64,000 nt of DNA from Felis catus (Eukaryota), in the NCBI RefSeq assembly GCF_018350175.1, contig NC_058368.1, forward strand, positions 109,370,001-109,434,000, read 5' to 3'. A model generated the notes under the pieces. The model was given only the letters and a program-made list of their open reading frames with translations, did no database searches and was not told the DNA's origin. Positions 38,884 to 50,500 of this stretch are shown one piece after another. Both the position numbers and the translations under genes were made by a program. Each line of letters starts with the position of its first letter. Position 1 is the stretch's first letter.

Positions 38884-39519
38884 GTAAGAGCTATCCCAGG
38901 GTCTGCTTTGGCAGATTAGTGACTTGGGAAAGGAAGGCCAAGTGTTTCTTGTTTGAACTTTTAGAAACTTCTTTTACACAGAAAGTGAATGGCCCAAATT
39001 AACTATAAGCTGTTAGATGTTTTTAAAGAATGAGAATTCTGATCTTTACTCTCAAACATGTTTTGGTGTTTCTGGTTTCACTTGATTTACAAGATGGGTA
39101 ATAGGAAGCTTGGATTTTGTCATCTTAAATCAGATCCTGGTCAAGGAAAAGTTCTTTCTTTTCCTCCTACACTGCAGCCTAGTACCTGGGATATAGGAGG
39201 CACTCAGTAAAGGCCTGTTGAAGGGGAGAGTTTTTCCGGCCCATACATTTCTGAAAAACCAAATACCCTCACAAAAAGAGATATGGAGATTACAGGTTGA
39301 AGGAGCTTTCATTTTGTCTAAGAGACTTCCTATGGCAACAGAGGAGGTATCGCCAGAGCCCCTCCTTTTCCGCAGCCTGGTCACCTAACAGCCCACCGGC
39401 TCCCGGGGCGGCTGTCCAGAGACCCTCAGCTGCTCCGTCCTGCCAAGCCCCTTCCAGCCTGGTCCAGAACGGCCCAGCTGCACGGGGACCCACACATCCC
39501 TGGCTTTGGCTGCTCGGGC

Positions 39520-39700
39520 ATCTCGCCTTTCCGCCTCCTGTGCCGTCTCACCCCCGCCCCTCTATCTTTAGTGGGAGGAGACAGATTTGACAGCTGATAG
39601 TGCATTTTCTCTGACAAACATATGACTACAGCCATGTCAATAGCTTTGTGCACATCAGTTCCTGTTTTCATGGAAACACAAGACTGAGAATGAAAAACCC
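39520..39700. promoter_or_regulatory. IL4 intron-2 enhancer (HS II / IE)
   Basis: GC box 39552-39560, GATA CTATCT 39562-39567 and TGATAG 39595-39600 overlapping E-box CAGCTG, ETS-like AGTTCCTG 39657-39664, STAT5 GAS TTCATGGAA 39667-39675; the factor set matches the described enhancer. Confidence 0.8.
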
Positions 39701-39917
39701 AAAGCTTCAATTTACCAGTGGTCTCCTAACCACTTGCTTTCCACGTGGACCAGAGGAGATCAGTTGGCCAGGAGTGCAGCCATGCAGGCTGGGCATGGCC
39801 ACACCCCAGCACCTGGGCCAGAGGACAGACCCATCCTTCTGGGTGAGGAAAACTGTTCTTCAGGCTTTGTCTGGACTATCTCATTTCATTAAAGATTAGT
39901 CCCGGAGTCTGATACAC

Positions 39918-40010
39918 AATAATATATAATACTATAATCATATATATAATATTGATGCATAATGTATTATTATGGAATAATATATATATAATATATTATG
40001 TATACATTAT
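39918..40010. repeat. AT-rich low-complexity tract
   Basis: (TA)/(TAA)-rich run visible directly. Confidence 0.85.
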
Positions 40011-41732
40011 GCAATTTTGTCCTTTAGAATCTCATCCCATTTCAGACTCTGTCCATCAGGAAGGAGGTTGGAAGAACTTGAAGATTTTATACATACGTAG
40101 AATTCTATAATACATACATAACATCTATTAACATGTTATATATATAGAAATAGCCAAGAGTCCACTGGGCTGTGCTCTGGGTTCTCCAGATGGCAGTGCA
40201 CTGCTGAAGGGGCTCCATCAAAGCCAAGGGCTGGGTCCCAAAGTGCCAAGGGTCTGGAAGTGACACAGCCTGTCGTTTTAGCCACAGTTTTGCCATTAAC
40301 TAGCTATGTGGCCTTTGGCCAGTCTCCATATCTCTTTGTGCCTCAGTCTCCACACTGGAAGATATGAAAGTGATTTTGACAGTTGGCTGATATCCAATTC
40401 TTGAGTCAGTGGAACGTGTTACTGTAAAATGATGTAACTCTTGGTTAAAGGCAAAAACTGGTTATAAAGGAGCAGTAATTCTAAGGAGGGGCCAGGGGGT
40501 AGAAATGATCTAACCCTCTGTGACTTCATGCCCAGGGGCAACTCCACTCCAGGTCATCTCTAGAAGGCCAGGCCTGCCCTCACCCCTGCTGAGGCGCAGG
40601 CCAGGACATGCCACTGTCCTGCCGTTCTTGGCCTTCCTCTCCACCAGTTACCACATGCTCCCCTCACCACATGGGTAGACATCTGCTAAAAAAGTCCCTG
40701 TTGGCCTGCTTCACTCCTACCTGCCTTCCTCAAACTGCTTCTACCCCTCTGGCATTAACCATCTTCATTGTTCCCTTTTCTTTTCCTCAAAAACACAGCA
40801 CTGCTTTCTTATCCATTAAGATATTACAGAATAAGGAAAGGCTGCTATTTTCTTTGTGTTGCCAAAGAAGGACATCTTTCCCAAATCCCATGTATTAGTG
40901 TCCTTTCTTTGGGGGATCAAGAATTCTATTATCTCCAAGTTGGGTGGGATCCTGCTGTTGGCAGTGGCTGGAAAGAAAGTGCTGATCTACCCAGGTATCT
41001 ATGAAATTAAGGTGGTCTGAGATAGATCAAAATGGAGAACAAGCAAGCTGGCTGGTCCAAGATGGATTTCTTAGGTGGACCATTAGTTGGAGGTATTTCC
41101 TGCTTTCCAAAGAAAGCTCAAGTCCATGATTCCTCAGAGAACTCTATGCCAGCCCTCGACACCCCCCCCCCCTTTTTTAAGTAAAAGTGAAAGACTTTTG
41201 ACAAGTAGTATTTGGGCAGAAGTGGAGATAATGAGTACAACACAAAGGGGACTAGATTTTTACGGCCCTCAACGAAACTAGTCAAGGACCACGTTAGAAA
41301 TCTAACAGTCTCTGCCACAGGAGAAAGCCTGGAAGGTATTCTCCCATTTGCTTCTACTCCCATGAGGGTCAGGCTTGTTTCCGGCAAAGGCCTAGGCCCC
41401 CCTGTTGAAGCTCCTTTCCTTGAGCAGTCCTAAACTACAAGGCCCACCAGGCTGTCCGAGCGTGCCCCCTGCACTAGGCAGGACACGCTGGGGAAGCAAA
41501 AGCTGGAGAAGCAGGGAACAGCATCCTGTAGCTGCGATACCAGTGCAACTGAAACTTTGAGGTCTTAACTAAAACTTCCTTTAGAATTAGTGCTTTTAAA
41601 GTTTTTCCATGAGATTCAAACTCTTTTCAATTCCTATTTTATCCTAGTGACCTTTAGAACATCCTTTGAAGAATGTGTTCAGAGACAATTATATATAAGG
41701 CCATATACTCAAAACTGACAGGGTTTAATTTC

Positions 41733-43360
41733 TTTTTTTTTAAGTTTTTTTTTTAATTTTTAAATTTTTCAATGTTTATGTTTTAGAGAGAGCAAGAGAA
41801 GAAAGAGCACAAACAGGGGAGGGGCAGAGAGAGAGGGAGACACAGAATCTGAAGCAGGCTCCAGGCTCTGAGCTGTCAGCACAGAGCCTGATGCGGGGCT
41901 TGAACTCACAGATCATGATATCATGACCTGAGCCGAAGTCGGACGTTTAACTGACTGAGTCACCCAGGGACCCCAAGGGAGCTTAATTTCTAGGCTCTAA
42001 GCCAAAGTTTTAGAAAAGTTTTCATTCCGTTTTGAAGAAAAAATAAGCAAAGAGGCTCTTGTCTTCTTGGTCTTCCTGAACCTCATTGTTCTCTCCAGCA
42101 GCACAGCTGGGGTCTGCCTTCCCTTTGCCTTCACCACCTCGGCTCACCCACTAAGCCTCCAAAGACAGGGAGATTTACGGGAGGTTTCTGGACTCTCAGA
42201 GCCCAGAGATACTGGTACTGCTTTCAAGTTTCCAACTAGAATGAGAGACCAGGAGGGCTCCTGTCTGGTTCGTTAAGTCCGCGTCCTCCCAAAGGCCTTG
42301 CCCATGGGCCACAAAGTCCCACAGGGCAAAGGGGAAGCTTCTGTAGTCTGGGATTCTAATGCCTCCGTCCCGGTCTGGGTCTTCCCGGAAAAAACCCTAA
42401 ATTATGAAACACACTTCTAGAATTTAGCCTAAAGAAATACGAGATGAACATAAAGATTTACACAGATGACTCACTGCCACTTTATTTTACGGAAGCAAAA
42501 AACTGCAACGATCAGGTATGAACCAATTACGGTACAAAGATGCCACGGGTTCCCATGCAGCTCTCAACCCCATGGTCTTAAACACTAGTGAATACTTAAT
42601 GTTTATACTATCTAGTGTGTGAAAAGGCTACAAAACAGTATCAATAGTTGATCTCCATTTTTAAAAATTTTTTTTTTCAACGTTTATTTATTTTTGGGAC
42701 AGAGAGAGACAGAGCATGAACGGGGGAGGGGCAGAGAGAGAGGGAGACACAGAATCGGAAACAGGCTCCAGGCTCTGAGCCATCAGCCCAGAGCCCGACG
42801 CGGGGCTCGAACTCACGGACTGCGAGATTGTGACCTGGCTGAAGTCGGACGCTCAACCGACTGCGCCACCCAGGCGCCCCCCCATTTTTAAAAAAGTATT
42901 TTTAAAGGGGCGCCTGGGTAGCTCAATTGGTTAAGCCTCCATTTCTTGATTTAGGCTCAGGTCATGATCTCATGCTTTGTGGGTTTGAGCCCTGCATCAG
43001 GCTTTGCACTGGCCATGGAGTCTGCTTGGCATTCTGTCTCTCCCTTTCTCTGACCCTTCCACGCTTACACTCTCCCTCCCTCTCTCCGTCTCTTTCAAAA
43101 TATACAAATAAACTTCAAAAAACATTTAGGGGCGCCTAGGTGATTCAGTTGGTTAAGAGTCCAACTTCAGCTTAGGTCATGATCTCATGGTTTGCAAATT
43201 CAAGCCTCACATCTGGTTCTCTGCTGTCAGCACAGAGGCCACTTCAGATCCTCTGTCTCCCTCTCTCCGCACCGCCCCTTGCCCCCCCACCCCTGCTGGC
43301 TTGCATGTGTGCACACACTCTCTCTCTCTCAAAAATAAACATTAAAATAAAATTTTTTTA
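41733..43360. mobile_element. Four Can-SINEs in IL4 intron 2 (- 41733-41974, - 42668-42881, + 42907-43125, + 43128-43360)
   Basis: Canonical heads and tails; the second copy has TSD CCATTTTTAAAAA (42655-42667, 42882-42894). Confidence 0.93.
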
Positions 43361-43544
43361 ATAAAAAATAATTTTTAAACTGTAGGTATTTATCAAAACA
43401 TCAAAAGTTACCTCTCTCTGGCTGGTGGAGTAATGAGTGAATTTCATCTTTCCTGAATATATATCACCTTTATAGTAGACATATATTACCTTAATAATCA
43501 GAAAAAAAAAAATGCAGGAACTTAAAAAAAAAAAAAAACTGCCC

Positions 43545-43697
43545 AGACAGTACTTGTCATATAAATCCCCTGGAGATTTTGTCAATGGAACTTGTGATCT
43601 AGTGCGTCTAGGGGGCAGGCTTGAGATTCTGCATTTCTAACAAGCTCCCAGGCGATGCCCGTGCTGCTATTTCATGGATCACACTTTGCGTGTCAAG
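43545..43697. mobile_element. MER5A-like hAT element
   Basis: GAGATTCTGCATTTCTAACAAGCTCCCAGGCGATGCC...GATCACACTTTG. Confidence 0.75.
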
Positions 43698-44685
43698 GGA
43701 CCAACAAAGCATGTTCTCGAAGAGGCTAGAGACAGCTTTATCTGAGCTGGATCAGGTTCAAGCTGAGACCACTCTCCACGCTCTGTGCTTTTTGTTCTTC
43801 AGTGCAAAGTGGGAGGACACACTGGGCCTGATTCAGACTGAGTTACAATCCCTCTCCCAGGTTCCCCAAAAGAGCTGTTTCCCCCACTGGACACTCACTC
43901 CCTCTTCTAAAGCCCGAATGTCCCCACGAAGAGTCATATAATCAGACACACATCAGGACTACTGCATCCCACCAAGGTTCTCATGCTGCACATCCCAGAC
44001 CAAAGGCCTCTACAGAAGCTGTGTCCACAGCCCAGCTCAGGCGCACCCTCTCCCAGAAGTTTCCTCTGATCTCACACCTAGCCCCGACCCTGGCACACCC
44101 CTCTAGCTGTATGGGCTAATGTCTGATCTCCTCACATGGACCCCAAGCTTTGCACACACTGCCATCTCCTGTGGGGAGGGCCAAGTGGAGAATGCTACCC
44201 AAAGCACCAGGCCACAGGATGGGCACTCATTTATTCAACAAGCATGTAGGATCTCTGGGAAACCTGGACTTTAAAACCTTATAGCAACGAGACAGAGCAG
44301 AATCTGACTACAAGCTCAAGCAGACACCTACAGAACAGCACGTGTGGTGGAGAGAAACAGACGTGGGCTATAGACAGATGGCTCTACATTCAAATCCCTG
44401 CTCTGTCACCTACTTAGCTGAGTGACTTTACTCAGGTACCTTTTCAGCAACACCATCTGAGGGAAAAGAGAAGGTTGCTGCACTTGCAGGTAAGTGGGAG
44501 AGGATGTTTACTGTGACCGGCAGCCTTCAGTCACATGGAAGGAATCCTTGAGTACCTGATCCATAGTTGAGCAAACTCACTTTCTCCACTTGTCCTCCTG
44601 GAAAGAAGCAATCACAAGGAAAACTCTCTCCCCCATGGTCAAAACAGAGCTAGCGCATGGCTAACTGTGGCATTTTTCTTTCTAG

Positions 44686-44811
44686 AACACAAGTGACAAG
44701 GAAATCTTCTGCAGAGCCACAACCGTGCTCCGGCAGATCTATACACATCACAACTGCTCCACCAAATTCCTCAAAGGACTCGACAGGAACCTCAGCAGCA
44801 TGGCAAACAGG
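44686..44811 (+). CDS. IL4: Interleukin-4 exon 3
   Basis: ttctag|NTSDKEIFCRATTVLRQIYTHHNCSTKFLKGLDRNLSSMANR|gtgagc, 126 bp. Confidence 0.97.
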
Positions 44812-44909
44812 GTGAGCTGCTTGATGCCCAATAGCTTGGCTCCTGATGGACAGGAACCTCACGTCTAAATGTTCCTCCTTCAGAGTTGTAGTAACCTTGC
44901 TTAATCAAC

Positions 44910-46280
44910 CCATTCATTCATTCAGCAAGTATTTGTTGAGGCTCTGTGAGTGCAAGGGGCTGCTCTAGGCACTGGGGAAACAGTGCCTGCTCTCACAGAA
45001 TGTTCTAGTGAGTGAGTCAGGAAAGCAAACTAACATGTAATACTATGTCCAGTAGTGATATGTGCTATGAAAAAACCTGTAAGAATAAAGAATAGAAGGG
45101 TCATGAGAAAGAGGGTTGATTTAACAATTGATGACATCATCTGAACAAATATTTAAATTATGTGAGGGAGCAGGCCACATGACTAACTGGGGAAAGAACA
45201 TTCCAGGCAGAGGAAATTCTTGTGCAAAGGTCCTGAGGTAGAAATGAGGTTCACATGTTCGAAGATTAGCAGGAAAGCCAGTGTGATTGGATCAGATTGA
45301 GCAAGGGGGATTTTAATAGATCACACATGGTCTTTGCATTATCTACCCCAAGCATGGGAGGATATATCCACAGGGTTTTGAGCAGAGACTCCAGTCTAAT
45401 TTATGTGATTTAAAATGATCACTCTGGTTGTTGTGTGGTGAATAAACTGAATGAGACTAAGCAAGGAAGCACGCTGGCCCACCAGGTGGCCATCCCACTA
45501 ATCCAGGTTGGAGGGAACAGCAGTTTTGCAGGTGAGAGCGATACAGGCTGTGAGCTTTGGAATATAGCTGAAAACAGAGCCAGGAGAACCATCATCATGG
45601 GTGAGGGAATGAGTAGAAGGTGGCCTCTTGGTTCCTGGCCTGAGCCCTTTGGGAGATGGTTGGTGTTGTTTACAGATTTTGAGGACTGGGTGCGGCAGGG
45701 ATGGGGGCTGAGTGAAGGATCGGGAGTTCAATTTATAAATACTAAGTGTGAGGTGCCTCCTGGATAGACAAGTGGAGATGTTGAGATTGTTGGACTGAGC
45801 CCAGAAGCACTATCACATACAGAGGTCAGGAAGAAGAGGTCGGCAGGAGAGCTGAGAAGTAGCCAGTGAAGCAAGAGTGAAATCAAAGATTGGGTGGTGT
45901 CCCAGACAGCAAGTGAACAGACTCTTTTAATAAGGAAGGAGGCATCAAATGTGTCAAATGTACCAGAAGGTCAAGCCAGATGAAGAGGAGAATGGCCAGT
46001 GGATCTGGCCTGACAGAGGACAGGGGGGATGCCGATATCTATGGAGATTCAGCACTGAAAGCTTGATTAGAGCAGGTTCCACAGAGAATGGTAGTGGGGA
46101 GGAGTGGAAAGCAAGGGGAAGTGAGGACAGAAAACTCTTCTGAGGTGTTTTTCTATTAGGCTGCCTAGAAGCGGAACAAGAGCTGAAGGACAGGTGTGGA
46201 TTCAGGGAAATTCTTTTGAGGTGGGGCATATATGCAGCAGGTTAACACTCCAGAAGGCATGATCCAGGGGAGCGGGGAGA
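44910..46280 (-). mobile_element. L2 LINE fragment in IL4 intron 3
   Basis: Begins CATTCATTCATTCAGCAAGTATTTGTTGAG (L2 3' end, reversed); GAACATTCCAGGCAGAGG...TGCAAAGGTCCTGAGGTAG. Confidence 0.8.
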
Positions 46281-47042
46281 ATCGACGGTGTGCAAAAGAG
46301 GAAGAGCCAAGAGTAGATGTTATCTAGGGCCAAGTGCAGGAATTGGGGACATTCACCCCCTTACTGCGCCTGCCCCCCTCATTTGTAAAGTAAGGTAACG
46401 GAATAGGGTGCTGCCACTACGCTCATTCCCTCTTTTCATCCTCTTAATTATCTCATGGAATAGGCACAACTGTCCCCCTTTTATAAGGGAAAACACCGAC
46501 GCTTTTATAAATGAAGTAGTGTGTCCTAAGCAACCTAATTAATAAAGTGGCAGAGCAGAGCTGAGCCCCAAACTGAAGCAGTGGCCTGGGATCCTTTCCA
46601 CCCGTGGTGCTGCCAAGCTGGAGGGGTGCTGTTCACGGGCAGGAGAGAGAACGGAACGACTCTCTGTCTCAGCAGACCAGCTGGCCATGCGGAAGGCCCA
46701 GGATGGCTGCAGGCAGGTCTGAGGCTCCACCTCACGTTAAGCCCCAAAGCAGCATGGAGTGGTGACACTCTCCCCCCCACCTCCCGCAGGGTCTGTGGCA
46801 CCCCTCAGAGGCTGACAGTGAAGGTAACCATTTCTAGGAGTTTATTAGCATGCACAGAAGAGGCCTGGTGGCAGAGAGGGACTGCCAACGAAACTAGACT
46901 GGAGGAGTGAGGAGGCCCTGGTCAGAAATAATTGCTTGGGTAGCAAGGGCCACAGCAGGCTTGACTCAGTAGACAGGCAGGAAAGACAGACTCAATTACT
47001 TAGCTAATGAAATTACAAGCTAATGAAATGTTTCTTTTGCAG

Positions 47043-47135
47043 ACCTGTTCTGTGAATGAAGTCAAGAAGTGTACACTGAAAGACTTCTTGGAAAGGCTAA
47101 AAGCGATCATGCAAAAGAAATACTCAAAGCACTGA
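47043..47135 (+). CDS. IL4: Interleukin-4 exon 4 coding part
   Basis: ttgcag|TCSVNEVKKCTLKDFLERLKAIMQKKYSKH-TGA; the four exons join to 133 aa. Confidence 0.97.
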   Translation, partial: TCSVNEVKKCTLKDFLERLKAIMQKKYSKH

Positions 47136-47235
47136 AGCTGAATATCTTAATTTATGAGTTTTTTAATTACTTTATTTTAAAAATATTTATATATTTATAA
47201 TTCATTATAAAATAAAGTATATGTAGAACCCGACA
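47136..47235 (+). terminator. IL4: IL4 short AU-rich 3' UTR and poly(A) signal
   Basis: ATTTA at 47150, 47185, 47193; AATAAA 47211-47216. Confidence 0.9.
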
Positions 47236-47930
47236 GTACGGTGTCCCTTCAATGGCATCAGCTGTATTTACTTGACAACTTTTGGGGAAACCATTGTAAT
47301 TTACCAAGAGTCTAAAATTGGTGTGGGTGTAAAAGTGGAAACACTGTTTTCCTCTCCAGATGGAGACTCAATGCACAAAAGGATTAAAGAATAGAAGGCC
47401 ACACAAGATGTAAATGAGAAGTAAGAGAGCTTGTAGAGTGTGGGTCCCTGAGTCTTACTAACTAGCAACTAATTGTGAATTGAAAGGTGTTAACTGGACG
47501 CTTAGAACGTTCATCTCCCAGTGGCACAAGGCTGTCGCCCTGAGTCTATGGGCAGGGGCAGGGATGAAGTCCAGCACAACACGTGGATCTGCAGTGAACG
47601 ATATCTAAAGCCCTGATAATGTCAATTCCCTTGACGATGTAAGACTTTCAAATCTTAGGACCAACCAATAGACAAAGCACAGACAACTTAATTGTAATTA
47701 TACAACGGGCCGTGAATGCTATCAACCTGACAATGTAAGAGGTACAGCTGAAAATGGTTGAGAGGTAAAAGCAGAAGGAAAGACAGGTGAGGCTCCCCCA
47801 GCTTACCGGTGGAAGGGATCAGTGGAACAGCACTGAGGAGGATGGAACAAAAACAAGAGATTTAAGTATTCAAAATTGCAAAGGTAACATAAGATCTAAA
47901 AATAATTTACTATAAAAAACTGGGGGGGGA

Positions 47931-48588
47931 GGGCACCTGGGTGGCTCAGTCGGTTAAGCGTCCAGCTTTGGCTGAGGTCATAATCTCACAGTTTGTGGGT
48001 TCGAGCCCCACTTTGCGCTCTGTGCTGACAGCTCAGAGCCTGGAGCCTACTTTGGATTCTGTGTCTCCCTCTCTGCCCCTCCCCTGCTCGCTCTCTCTCT
48101 CTCTCAAAAAAATAAACATTTTAAAAAATTTATAAAAAATTTGGAAGGGGCAGTATAAATGGGGTAAACCCTTACTTTTCAAGAGGGAAATCAACACACA
48201 ATATCTAATGTTGGAAAATTAAAAAAGAGTTGGCAAGAGGGGTCATAAGCTGAAGACTGGTGTGGCTGGAGGTGGGAACAGGAGAGGTAACTGTACTACT
48301 CTGCCCTCATGCATGTTTGTAAGTTTTTGTAATAAAAAGTGAACAAAAGCCCATAGTGAGTGAACTGAGAAATCTTTGGAATTATGCTAGTAGCCACCAT
48401 AAAAACTAAAAACTGAAAAAGGAAGGTGGTTTGCTGGCAATGGGACTTGGAGTAAGGATCAGGGAAAGCAAGACACAAGACTGCTGGCTTTCCATGTTAA
48501 GGCCGTGGCCATGTGCATACATAAATGATAAAATGTTTTTTTTTATTTTTTAATTTTATTGATCTTCCCAAACTTACTTACTTATTTT

Positions 48589-48637
<49 letters not shown>

Positions 48638-50080
48638 CATGCACACTGAAGAGGCAGAGACAGAGGAGAGGCAGAGAATCCCAAGCAGGCTCTGCACAGT
48701 CAGCAGGGAGCCCATTGTGAGGCTTGAACCCACAAACCATGATATCAGGAACTGAGCCAAAGTAGGATGCTTAACCCACTGAGCCACCCAGACACCCCAA
48801 TAAGTATTTTTTAAAATTAAAGAACTAAAAATGACAAAGACAAATGCTGGTGAAGACGCAGAAGAGTCAGAACCCTCATATATTGCCAGTGTGAGTGGGA
48901 CAAGGTGCAGCCACTTTGGAAAATAGTGTGACAGTTTCTCAAAAGGTTACACGCAGTTCCTATATGCCCCAGCAATTTTAATCCTAGCTATCTGTCTACC
49001 CGAGAGAAGTGAAAGCTTATGTCCACACAAAAACCTCTACACCCACGTCCATAACAACATTCTTCACAATAGCAAGAAAACAGAAATAACCCAAATAACA
49101 ACCGAGGAGAGAATAAAGTGTGGTATACCTATGCAACAAAATATTATTTGGCACTACAAAGAAATGAGGTACCGATACATGCTACAATATGCAAAAAGCT
49201 TGCAAACACTAGGCTGAGTCAAAGGAGCCAGACACAAAAGGCTACATAGGTTATGATTCCATTTATATAAAACGTCCAGAAGAGGCAAATCACTAGTGGG
49301 ATACCTGGGTAGCTTAGTCGGGTAAGAGGCAAATCCACAGAGGCAAAAAGCAGAAGACTGATTTCCAGGGGCTAGGGGATGGAAGAAGATGGAGTGAGTG
49401 CTAATGGACACAGGCTTCTCTTAGGAGAGATGAAAATGTTCTCGGACAGTGATGACGACAGTTGCATAACTGTGAATACTAAAATACTAAATACGGGGGC
49501 GCCTGGGTGACTCAGTCGGTTGGGCGTCCAGCTTCGGCTCAGGTCATGATCTCGCGGTCCGTGAGTTCGAGCCCCACGTCGGGCTCTGTGCTGACAGCTC
49601 AGAGCCTGGAGCCTGCTTCAGATTCTGTGTCTCCCTCTCTCTCTCTGACCTTCCCCCATTCATGCCCTGTCTCTCTCTGTCTCAAAAATGAATACACGTT
49701 AAAAAAAAAAAAAACTTTTTTTAAATAATAAAAAAATAAAATAAAATTCTAAAAACCACTGAAGTGTATACTTTAAAAAGATGAACTTTATAGTATATGA
49801 GTATACATCTAGCATATGAGTATACATCTTAACACAACAGTTACTTTTTAAAATGTTAAAAGGGAAAGGGCGCTTGGGCGGCTCAGTCAGTTGAGCATCT
49901 GACTCAATTTTGTCTGAGGTCATGATCTCACAGTTTGCGAGTTCAAGCCCTACATCAGGCTCTGCGCTGACAGTGCAGAACCTGCCTGGGATTTTCTCTC
50001 CCCCTCCGTCCGTGCTCAGGCTCTCTCTTTCTCTCTCTAAATAGATAAATAAACACCAGAATTAAAAAAAAAAAAAATTT
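47931..50080. mobile_element. Repeat block: Can-SINEs (+ 47931-48135, - 48580-48798, + 49495-49745, + 49868-50080) and an old L1 3' fragment (~48830-49800)
   Basis: SINE heads and tails; L1 motifs GCAGCCACTTTGGAAAATAGT and TTATGATTCCATTTATATAAAACGTCCAGAA. Confidence 0.85.
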
Positions 50081-50279
50081 AAAAGGGAAGACAAACAAAA
50101 GCAGTGGCAAGTTGTTGAAACTTGCCTTTTGAAGACATGCAAGAAACTGCATCTAGTAGCAGTGAATGAGCACTCTCGTTTCATCCTCGCTTACACGTAT
50201 GTGACAAAAATTAATACTAGTACTAAAATTATACCCAAACATGTAACATCTTTTTAACCCTTTCAAAATAAGGGAACAA

Positions 50280-50500
50280 ATCAAAAGCTTGAAGTCTCAC
50301 CCTGACCACAGCCAGTTTCACCCTGCCCACATAAAATACCAGCATGTCAAGGGCAACAAGTAACTAAGAGAGTCATGGAGCCTTCTAAGGCCACACTGAA
50401 AACTTTAGTTTCCTTTCTTCTTTGATTGAGACTCATTTGCATTCAATGGTTAATGTGAGCTGTAGTCTGCCACAGGATATGAGTTGTGGGTTGTATTTGT
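50280..50500. promoter_or_regulatory. Candidate IL4 3' silencer (HS IV)
   Basis: Unique block downstream of the post-IL4 repeats with RUNX ACCACA 50305-50310 and near-RUNX GCCACA/TGTGGG motifs; assignment is positional. Confidence 0.4.

Noticed and set aside
44812..47042. The 70-bp VNTR known in human IL4 intron 3
   Set aside because: No tandem array visible here; the intron is mostly an L2 fragment
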